Positions 53,288 through 64,000 of a DNA stretch of 64,000 nucleotides are shown here, piece by piece (position 1 is the first letter of the stretch; each line of letters begins with the position of its first letter). Made by a program: the position numbers and the translations under genes. Origin of the DNA: Chrysomallon squamiferum (lineage: Eukaryota > Animalia > Mollusca); contig CM022665.1 in assembly GCA_012295275.1 (NCBI GenBank), positions 22,754,001 to 22,818,000 on the forward strand, written 5' to 3'. The notes beneath the pieces are model-generated. The model was not told the origin of the DNA and searched no databases. It saw only the letters and a program-made list of their open reading frames with translations.

Positions 53288-53799
53288 TGTTAAATAGTTT
53301 ATAAAATATCATAACCTCAAGGAACTGACGAGCTGAAATTATGCTTTATCCAAAAGCTCATATATTTCAAACAAACTTTAAAAGGACTGCTGTGTGTACG
53401 TGAGCATGTGCGTGTGCGTGCAAAACGAATGAATTTTACCTAATTACGGACAAATCGGAGAAAACTTTTGAAATAAAAAGTATTTTTACACATATGTGCA
53501 AACGAATTAAATTAAATAAATGAATAAATTAATTAAAATAAATCTATAAAAATAAATAAGCAAAATAAGTGAAAGTGACAATAAAATCGTTCAGAAGTCC
53601 TCAACTTCTTTACACATGCGTTTTCAAACAACGTGTATCAAACGTAGATTAAATCTGTTTTGATTTTTTCGGATCAGACGTATCTAAGTAAAAGCTGTAA
53701 ATTTACACCCGTTGTTATTAAATATTAAAATATACGATAATGGTTTCTTTTCATGACAGATGATGTTATTCGCTTCTGACTGAGGCTGTCATTAAACCT

Positions 53800-53890
53800 T
53801 TGTTGACCAAGGCTATGTATAATTTCGTTATTTTAATAGCATTAAGTATACGCATATACTAAATGTTTTCATATTCTGTGTGTCTTTCAG
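53800..53890 (+). other. Putative non-coding 5' exon of the GPCR gene (start approximate)
   Basis: Perfect donor CAG|GTGAGT at 53890/53891 pairing with acceptor ttttcag| at 55155/55156, 47 nt before the GPCR ATG. Confidence 0.5.
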
Positions 53891-55202
53891 GTGAGTGTTA
53901 CTTTTCTATACTGCATCTACCAATTTTCTGTAAAGACAAAATAATATTTTTTTGTGTGTGTGTTTGTGACTGTTTATCATGCTCAGTGTGAAAGAGTGAT
54001 TAAAATACATAATTACTTGCTGATTCTTGGATAATATATGTAATCGCGTATAAATTATGTTTAATCCTATATCAGTTTAACAGAATAAACACTTACATTT
54101 AAAAAAATGTGAAATACAAACCACATTAACAAGACTATTCCATTCGAAAACTATTCAAGATAATATGTACTAATTATAGTTTATTCAGCACAACCGGTTT
54201 TAGAGCACAGTCAGAAAAGTATGATTAAGAGATTACTGCCACTTTTTCAAATTTGTCTGTATCCCTGTAGTTATTATAACGTTCATTAATAGGCTTTGTT
54301 AGAAACTAGAATACAATATATTTCCATATGACTCAAGATAATGCGTGTATCATTTTGATTATTATAGCAGTTCAAATACATTGCACTAAACACTGACTGT
54401 TTACTGAACACATATTAACAGATTTGATTTATAATCTTTCAGTTTTAACTGTAGAGGCAAAAACTGTACTCAAAGCATTGATTCTTTTCCCACAGAAATA
54501 GAAACTACTTCTACTTTTAAACAAGGTTTAATCACTCAACTTTTTAATTAACTGCATTGTTCCAAATTTCAAGCAGCGTCATTTTTAATTGCAACTAATA
54601 ATGTGTAGGAGGTTCAGACACGTTTTTCAGATAACCAAATATACTTAAATGACACTTTGGTTGTTTTGCCTAATTACTACCAGTTGTTACCTTGAGTGCA
54701 CCTCATTATGGACAGTTACGTCAATGTTTGTAAAGAGTATTACGCCAATAAACAGGTTTAGTAGCATATATCTTAATCAAACCCATACAGGTGTTGCACC
54801 ATTCCGTTGAATAACGACTTTAACTTCTCAGGAAGTCATAATGACGGTTATACTGTTGTTCCTAGATGTGTGTTTTGTAGAGGAATCAGTAGATTGGTAG
54901 GTAGGATTTATTTATAGCAAATAATATAGTATGTCTAAACATTAGTTACTTTTACTGGGCATGGATATGTATGTACTTTTCATATAATACCTTCTTAAAT
55001 TTTGGAATGGACGCTATTTTTTTTGTTTTTTAAATTTTTATTTAGCTTTTGTTCTGTTCGATAAGTCTCTTTGTTTGAATAATAGCTATGATTTAAAAAG
55101 AACAAAGTAAACATTTAGGAATGGAATATTTAGTAATTAGATATATCTTTTTCAGGTAACGTCTGTTGATGAAGAAAATAGACTAATGCAACATCTTTAA
55201 AA

Positions 55203-58200
55203 ATGACATCCCAGTCTGCATTTGCCTTCAGTTATATCCTTGTGATTACTTGGTTTTCTCTACCATGTATTACAAATGCAACTGAAAACTCCAGCTTTGT
55301 TGATTATGTACTATCTGAACACAAAAATGCTTGTAAATCATACAGATTATGCAGCTTTAACGGGACACAGAAACGGAAAGATCGTTGCAGTTTGTGTGCT
55401 CAATGTCGATGTGACGACGACTGCATGCGATATGATGACTGCTGTGCAGACAAATACCTAAAACTTTTATCCACAAACAAGAAACCAAAGAGGAAAATAA
55501 AATATACATGTCAAAGTGATGCATTTAAGCTAGTGTTATTTCAGAAACCAGTAATACTTTTCTTTTCGATAGCTCAGTGTTATTCTTATCATGATCCATT
55601 ATTACTGTCGCTCTGTGAACGTCCAGATAAAAGAGATCCATATTTAAACACGCCTGTTACTTCTCAAGTGTCCGGGGAAGTGTACAGAAATAAGTTCTGT
55701 GCCCAGTGTAATGGAGAATCAGAATACAAACTGTGGACGATTAGAGTAAACTGTAGTGTATCTTTGACTGTTTCATCAAAACTTTCGGGAGGCGAGGTAC
55801 TGGATTATTTTATCAAGCATCCACAATGTTTCATTTCCTACAGTCCACCTAAATTCACGCAACTCAGAAGATGCTATGCAGAATCAAAAACTATAATTAC
55901 TACGTGTAACAAGACTGGACTTTGGCCTGTGTACAACCATACGATTTACAAAGCTTGTGGAACGTACACCAACCCTGTATTATTCATGAGTAATATATTC
56001 AAAAATGTATTCTGTTTTTACTGTAACTCCGAGAACTATTTTCCACCATCAGTAATCTGCAGATTTGAAACGCCGTATCCTTTCTCGGTGTTGATAGATC
56101 CGAGAGCAGCACAAAAAATTATTACCAAAACTCGGGAAACATGCAAGTGCAAGGACAATGAAGTATTTGACAAATTCAAGGTATGTACTAGAATTTTCGA
56201 TTCTTTACATTTATTAATAAGTTGGGTTCATTTGTTCATTTAGCTCAAGAAAACATTTGTCTTCTTATATTTTATTACAACAGAAAGCATACAACATCCA
56301 AGCCCTCATAATATTTTCAATCTTCGCTTTATAGCGCATACAAATGTTTAAGGACCCTGTATGTTGTACTAATAATAATTTCCTCTTGTTTTATTTTTCA
56401 GAAAATTTGTCGGCAAATGGTGTGCTCATTCGGACGTCGTTTAGAAGGAAAGCAGTGCATTTCTAGTTACTTTTCGGCGTCCAGTTTTCCTTACTCCTTT
56501 GAGGTGACTCTAAGACCAGTCGATGACATGTTTGCAAATTCAGACATACAAGCAAATGGATGGATTTCTTCGCTCCTGTCTAATATAACAGCGACATTCA
56601 AAGAAAAGATGAGAGGATATAAATTGCAAGTTCACAGATCAGTATTAAGTCTCGTCGCTACAAAATCTGAGAGGCCTACTCGAGTTTTAAGACTGATCTT
56701 TCTTGTGAAGTTTGTCCTGCTATCCGCAACTAACCTTGACGTCGTTGAGAAACTGTTAATAGATATTCGCTATTCGAGATGGCTCATTCCATTTAAAAAT
56801 TCCAAGACAGAGATACTGTCTTCTGCCAGTATGACTCTCGTTGATAGCGTTCACACTGAACCACAGTTTAGAGTAACTGTTAACAAGAACTATTTATTAA
56901 TTACTTATGCAAAACAAACTGAACATGTGGTAAACGGATTCGCTGTTCTAGAGCCTCATAACTACACGATGATTACAGGATTACTGTTTTGCCCTCTTGT
57001 ACAAATAAATCTCAACGAAACCAGAAACTATTCACGTCAGGACCATACCTTGATGCTGGTTGCAGACAATATAATTTTAAATTCCGAAGAATTTCTTATT
57101 TCAGATGATGGGAGAGTGAGCATATGTCAGCAAATTGTTACCGGGATCAAGACATGTCCTTCGCTACCTCCTGGAGCTATATTTACCAAAAACTATTTGA
57201 TTGTATCTATAACATGTCAAGGAATATCTCTTATTTGCTTGTTTTTGACTTTAATTGTTTTCTTCGTATTCCCATCAATGCGAACACTTCCTGGTAAAAT
57301 AACTATAGGACTAATTTTCACGTTATTTATGTCAGTTGGTCTTCATTTATTTGGAATAGCGCGTATAGAAAATGCTGTAATGTGCAAAGTCATTGCATTA
57401 TTAACTCATTTCTTTTTAACAAGTTCATTTACTTGGATGGGAATAAGCTCGTTCCACATGTATCGTGTATTTAAGGACATACTAGCAACGAAAACGTCGA
57501 AATCGTGTGAAAAGAAGACATTCAGAATATACCTTTTGATCAGTCTTCTTATACCTACTGGAATCAACGTAAGTGTTATTGGGATCAATTACGCAGTAAA
57601 CGGTCCTAGAGACATAGGCTATGGAAATGGCCTATGCTATGTTTCAAACATATACAGTGTGGTAATGGCAGTTCTTGTCCCTGTTACAATTGTCGTGCTG
57701 TTTAACTGCGTTTTATTTATTTTGACAATTGTGTCCCTTCGGAAAATGTCGCGCGAACGCAGGAACCTGACCGGCAAGAAAGAAAACATCTACCTCTATA
57801 TCAAACTAGGTACTCTGACGGGACTCAACTGGTTATTTGCCTTTATAGCTCCGCTGTCAGGAATACAGGCATTGTGGTACGTATTCACAGTCCTGTGTGG
57901 ATTACAAGGCTTGTACATCTTCATAGCTTTTGTTTGCAACAAACGTGTATTAAGGTTATTCAAAGAAAAATACCAGAAACTAGGAAAGCAACCAGTAACG
58001 GGTTCAACTAAGACGACATCCACTACTGGAAGTAAGAGATCACCTAGTGTATCTGAAATTAATAGATCACGAAATATACCAGAAAATAACAGATCACCAA
58101 ATGCCTCTGAAATTAGCATATCACCAAAAATATTTGAAAATAACAGATCACCAAATGTTTTTGAAGCTGATGGCACAGCGAATCAGTTTGAAGAACTCAA

Positions 58201-58252
58201 GATCAAAAACTTTTGCACATCTGAAAAATATATGCAAACTACAGATTTATAA
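55203..58252 (+). CDS. Secretin-class (family 2) Methuselah/adhesion-like GPCR with signal peptide, somatomedin-B-like and duplicated Cys-rich ectodomain, 942 aa
   Basis: Join(55203-56180, 56402-58252), AAG|gtatgt ... tttcag|, phase 0. N-terminal hydrophobic signal; CxCDDDCMRYDDCCAD (SMB-like); two Y/F-R/K-N-x-FC-x-x-CN motifs; 7 hydrophobic helices with family-2 motifs (RTLPGK, CKVIALLTHFFLTSSFTWM, YGNGLCYV, LTGLNWLF, GLQGLYIFIAF). AATAAA at 58298-58303. Confidence 0.92.
58034..58168 (+). repeat. Coding 27-bp tandem repeat, 5 copies (9-aa unit NRSPNxxEx) in GPCR C-tail
   Basis: KRSPSVSEI-NRSRNIPEN-NRSPNASEI-SISPKIFEN-NRSPNVFEA. Confidence 0.85.
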
Positions 58253-59755
58253 TTATGCTCTCTGGCTGATATACCTGCAAAAACCTGCATAAATCAAAAT
58301 AAACGTATGTAAAAGCATATCTTACTTAATACTAATTCGTCAAAATAACGACAATATTTGTTTTACTTAAAAAACAAAAAGTGTAAACATTAAGTCAGAA
58401 TGAGTGTGAAGCTACGTAATTAGGATCTGTCTATGTTGGTGAGTGGCGGTATAGTATAGTGATCTGCAGATAGTTTTTATTGTAACTTAAAACATTACTT
58501 TAAAAAATGCCTTCTGATACATGCATGGTGTTCTCAAAATGAAATATATTAGGTAAATATATTTGACTTTTGATTATTTAATCTGCACAAAGCTTGACAT
58601 AGCTTATAATAATGTAGATTTTAGCGATAGAGGAGGTAGTCAGTGATAAAGATGAATAAATAAAGAAGGGAAACATACACATTTCATATCAGTGACTACT
58701 CAAACGAAACTGATAGCTTATAGGAGACAATGAGATGTAAACAAATTAACATAACTATTAATGGTGACACTGAGAAAGCATTCCAGATAATGACAAATGT
58801 AATTAGATTTTACCTGTGGTTGTACCAATTTGATCTTGTTTTGCGACGTTTTATCATTACATGAAAGTATCATTGTATGTACATAATAATAATAAAAAAT
58901 TCTCACAAACACAGGCCACGCCTTGTTAGTAATGCTATCCTCAGTCTGCCGGAAAAAAAAAAAAAAAAAATAAAAATAATAATGATAATAATAAAGAAAA
59001 GAAATTATAAGAAAAGAAAAAGAAAAAAGGAAAGAAGAAATAATACCCATTCAACCGTCCCCCAAAACCGCCAAAGAAACACTTTGATGTTCTACAAACG
59101 CAATATTAGATCTGCTTTAATAAAGAAAATGACTAAAATACTGCCATCTGCATGTATTAATAATCAGTATACCCTTAAGTACATAGTCTTTAGTTATATA
59201 ATCCTTTTGATTTTTTTTTAGAAGAAACAACTTAATAGGATAATTATGATAATCAAAACATTTTAGAGAAGAAATATTATTACATCGTTCTTGTAGGAAC
59301 ACGCTTCTATTTTTTTGAAATCATGATGTAAGGATAGTTAAGAAATTATTGTATAACCAAATAAGCCTAGAAACAGATTCCAGACATACATATATTTTTT
59401 ATTTATTATTATTATTATTATCTTCTTTTTTTTAATTTTTTTTTTATTTTTTTTTTATTTTTTTTACACAATATGTTATTTGTAAAACATTTTTATATAT
59501 ATGATAACCAGATACAAATATACTGTCTAGATTATTTCGGATTAATATTCAGTAATATATGATAAAAACTACTGCAGTTTGAGGACTATGTCATTTTATT
59601 TGATGAAAACATTATTTTATTGCTACAGGTAAACATAACTTGTAGCCTTACAAATCGGTTCGTATATATATATATATATATATTCCTTAATAAAGCAACA
59701 AATGCATGTTTTGTATCTGAATTGATTCTCATGAGACATCGAGAGATAAACAAAT

Positions 59756-59760
<5 letters not shown>

Positions 59761-59835
<75 letters not shown>
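59761..59835. repeat. (GA)n microsatellite
   Basis: Uninterrupted GA run. Confidence 0.95.
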
Positions 59836-59841
<6 letters not shown>

Positions 59842-60096
59842 TTCTATTGTATTGGACAGTTTCTAACGCTCGGACTAATGCAGTTTATTCACAGGAATTC
59901 AGAAACCCGAGAAAAAGGTTAGTAACAAGAATTTTAGTTAGAGAAAAGCGAGAACATACATTTGAGATCCAGTTTTCTGGAATGAAGATACAAACAAAAA
60001 CAAAAAAATAAATAAATAACAAAAATTATTAGAACCTCTTTAATAAAGAAAAGTCTGATTAATAAAAAAAAGTCCAAACTATCAAATAAAATACAT

Positions 60097-62685
60097 TCAT
60101 CTTGTTGTTTTAGTTCCACTTTTCAATGTAAAAAGTTTGCACTTAACAAAACTAGAAACTACTTCAAGAATTAGAATCACAACTGCGAATCCTATTCCAG
60201 CAACGGACAGGATAAAAATACTTCTAACATCGCCAATTTTCAAAGATTTTTCTCGAACATGTTTTTCAGTACAGGGTTGTTTAAACCATTTCTTTTTTAA
60301 GTTAGCGAGAACTCCATTGTCGCTAAGATGAGATAATCTGTAGAAGAAGAACAAAGGAAACATGAACACTTTTGCAGTTGTTATAAATCCAAAAAATAAT
60401 CAACACAATGTCCAGCATCGTCATCACCACCAGCAACAACAATAAGAAAAAACCCACAACACACACAAAAATAAAAAATATTTAAAAAATTCGAAAAGGT
60501 ATTATCGTATGAAATTCTTTGCAAAATAAAACTATATGTCAAAGCATTTAACAGAACAGCATGCCATTTACTATAATTAACACAAAAACGTCAAAATTCA
60601 ACTACTTCAATACATTTTATCCGTTCAATTTAAAATCATCGTGGTGCTTTTGGGGTTTTTTTTAATTAAATATTTTTCTACACTCACATTTTCTCAAAAT
60701 CTTTGATATATGGTGATGCAGTAGGAACGCCGAAAGCAAGATGTTGCCAACTGAAAGGAGAATTCATGAAAACCAGCGAGCAGTGATTTCTTCTAAGCCA
60801 GGTGCCAAACATTTTACTGACGATCCATCCATATTTCCCTTTCAGAGTTCTTTGTATAATGTAGTTTTGATCAGCACTCAGGATACCTGGATCTGTCTGT
60901 ACTCTTTGCTGAATAGCAGTCCAAGCTTGCTTGACTTCTCCAGTCTTTGCTTTCTGAAAAGACAAATGACTAAACGTATTACACATAGACAGACAGACTG
61001 ACAGAAAGTCAGTCAGGTTGTCAGGCACACAGACAAAAAAGACACACTTAGAATATGTACATACAGATGAATGAACATGAGCTTAGGAATTTTGACTCAC
61101 CTCCATTATTACACTGATGATTCCCTCGGAAAATATACCAAAGGTATATTCCCTGTTTACAGTAAGTTCTCCTAATGTTCTGAAAGGAACTCTGTATTTC
61201 TGGGCAGTCAGGTTTGCAACTAGATTCGATGTATAGCTAGCTGTGATGATAATCAAAAATAAACTCCAACAAGCAATGAGCAGTCTGCTCGAGGACGTTC
61301 TGGGATTTGTAGTTGTTGCTTGTAAAATAAAATTTAAAAGTAAGTGAGGCATCATGTGATGTAGTCAAGCAATCAAACTATATTGCTTTAAAAAGCTGTA
61401 AATTGAAATTAACTATCAATAACTATATCGTTTTGAAAAGTAGAAATGAACTATTCTTGCTTTAATGAAAGGTGTTCATAATTTCCTTCTTCGGGGAATT
61501 ATAATTATTTCAGACGAAGAAAATACATTGAAAACGTTACTTACATTTATAAGTAAGGGATGCAAAAACAAACCAGAATGTTGATTTCAAATAAATCAAA
61601 AGTCTTCTGTAAGATACTCTCTCTCTTGGATGTGACTTTCTATATCCATAAAATTGCAACAAAGCAAAGAGAAGACAGAAAACTCCGGCTGAAATCCCAA
61701 TCAACACAAACACAATTGGTTTGAACTGTCTGATGTACGTATACCAGTAATCATCATTAAACTCGTCTCTTTTGTAGAGAACATCAACATCTTCAGATAC
61801 TACTGGTGGTTCAAGAAAATGCATCACTTTTGCCCGATCTTCGTGAACTGTCAAGCTGGCTATTTGTAAATCAGCTTCCTGTGACGTATATTTCACAATA
61901 GTTACAAACGTTTTTTGTTATGAAGATTTAATTTTAAAAAGAAATTGCATATACTGCATAATAAGCATAATTGAGGCAGCTCTAGCTTTCCAGTAGTATT
62001 TAAAATATATATAAAGCAAAACAAATTTAATAATGACGCCAAGATATTTTGATCTAGTTTCATTTTGTAATGATTAACTTTATTGTTTCTTGTAAATCTA
62101 GTCTGTATTCCATGAACGGCTCTAAAATTGTTCACGTGTAAAAAATTTGTGCTATGGTTGCCTTTGTGGAAACAGAAGAAGAGAAAGAAGAAAGAAAGAA
62201 AGAAAGAACAACAACAACAACAGAGAAGAGGCAGATGAAGGAGGAGATCCAAAAACGTGAATGGAGATGAAAAAAGATATGAAAATGCTTCTATAAAGAG
62301 TTTATTTAAGACATTCGGAACATCATTTTAGAATTGAAGTTGAAAACTATTTCCTCTTACTCGTCTTGCCATCATGCCAACAACTCCGGTCCACGAGCCA
62401 TTTTTCTTCACTCCCCATTGCTTATCTTCTGGTTCTTTAATTATGTATCTAGATATTACAAAACAGTTATGTATTATTTAGGATTTTGTTTTTCAGTTGT
62501 TTTAACTTCATTATGTCTGCCTATAAATTATACAAATAAAATTGGAGAGACAGATAAATCGACAGATAGATAAATATAAAGAGAGAAGAGGTAGACAGAT
62601 AGAGAGATAGATAGGTAGGTAAATAGACATTTGTTTTCTTTTTAAATACGATATTTTTACAATTAACAATAAGAATACAGTTTAT

Positions 62686-62763
<78 letters not shown>

Positions 62764-63624
62764 ATCAGAATAATTTATAAAAGTAATGTATGAAGATACT
62801 GATTATTTTGTATCAGATATTCTAACGTAATCGACTACTTACGTAAAATTAAGAAAGTTAGCCATTACGTTGAGTATATCTATGCTATATCCTTCGTAGG
62901 TAACGATTCCATTTTTATAAACAGCTGATGAGAAATCACCATCCTACGAATATTAAAAAAGATTTTTTTAATTTAAACAGTGGAAATATAATATTTTCTG
63001 ACAGATTGAAATAATAAAACTCATTTCAAAAACTGCAATGCGAACCCAAATGATGGAACGTTTCCAAATCACGTGTTCGAAAAATTCTTTGTGATACTCA
63101 TTTCATTAAATATAGGTTTGCACGTGGAAAGAGAATCTGTGTAAAGAAGATTCAAATTTAGAATTTGAAAAATAATGAATTATTGATCTACTATTTGCAC
63201 ACATTAAACTAAGTCTTCGGAGACACGTAGCTTTTCTCGCTCATGTATGTGTCTCTGATAGACCTATTATTATTATTTTTGGTAATATTAAATATACCTA
63301 TATTTTCAATGTTACCGTTTAAAATACATTTTGCAACAATAAAACATTTTGGGAAGATATCTATCCATTAAGAAAACTGAACGAATGTTAAGAACGGAGA
63401 CATATTTGAAATGTTTCTAGTTAATAATATACGTTGAAAACAATAGCCATACTTACTTCTATTGTTAAAACAAGCAGCTGTTTTCCGTTGTATTTATATT
63501 TGATATTTGGAAAAATGTCGTCTGTTGTTACTGTGCAATGGTTTATCTGTACTTCTATCAGCGATGGGGACGGATTTGAACTCCTGATGGTAAATATTTT
63601 TATATTATTCTTTGGACATCCGTC
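60097..63624 (-). CDS. Divergent ionotropic receptor (iGluR/IR family); 5' end unresolved
   Basis: Join complement(63457-63624, 62843-62943, 62361-62448, 61545-61878, 61101-61318, 60688-60953, 60097-60337) = 471 aa, GT-AG introns, phases consistent. S1 motifs YEGYSIDIL, NGSWTGVVGM and ADLQIASLTVHEDR; M1; P-loop WFVFASL; M3 SYTSNLVANLT; S2; LKKKWF..C; M4. Confidence 0.9.
62697..62761. repeat. (GA)n microsatellite in IR intron
   Basis: Uninterrupted GA run. Confidence 0.95.
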
Positions 63625-64000
63625 CTGAAACATAGACAAACTTTAAAAAGATCACTTTTAAATAGATGAAAAAAATCCCTTTTGGCTTTTGTTAAATAAA
63701 GATACGCATTTCTAGCCGAAAGAATGACTCACAGTAGAACTATTTCGTACAAGAGAATGTGAACAAATACTGATGCATAAAGATAACCGTTAACAAAGGT
63801 AAGCCGTTGCCATGTGAAAGAAAAATTCATGGAAATCAACGAGTAATAAATTCTTCTTATCCATTTGATATATTCTTTATTTCTCTTTGCTGCATGTGTT
63901 TTGCATATGATGTTTCTTTCAAATACAATATAGGATGCCCACCTTTGAATATCGAGATTATTAAGGAGAAATAATATCGATATTTTCTAATTTGAAGTGG

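Noticed and set aside
57406-58292. Antisense and alternate-frame ORFs (57406..57588, 57796..58176, 58047..58292)
   Set aside because: Shadows of the GPCR exon, kept open by the 27-bp repeat.

Overview
AT-rich eukaryotic genomic DNA with spliceosomal introns and many microsatellites. The gene content points to a lophotrochozoan, most likely a mollusc (inference). I reconstructed four intron-containing genes by hand, checking splice phases. (1) The 5' end of a nesprin-1/MSP-300-like gene on the minus strand, with tandem calponin-homology domains (94-29680, continuing off the left edge). It has several alternative first coding exons spliced to a common [11 protein letters not shown] exon. (2) A complete 8-exon 2-aminoethylphosphonate-pyruvate transaminase (PhnW-like, 423 aa, 43518-49798, +) with a mitochondrial-presequence-like extension, a second in-frame ATG and an apparent GC-AG intron. 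(3) A complete 2-coding-exon, Cys-rich secretin-class/Methuselah-like GPCR (942 aa, 55203-58252, +). (4) A divergent ionotropic receptor (iGluR/IR family, minus strand, 60097-63624, 5' end unresolved). Also present: a hAT/Charlie-like MITE, a microsatellite-linked 28-bp inverted repeat pair about 4 kb apart, several tandem duplications, and a visible mosaic of CpG-poor and CpG-normal domains. No rRNA, intact tRNA or CRISPR array was found. Nothing here was confirmed by database search.
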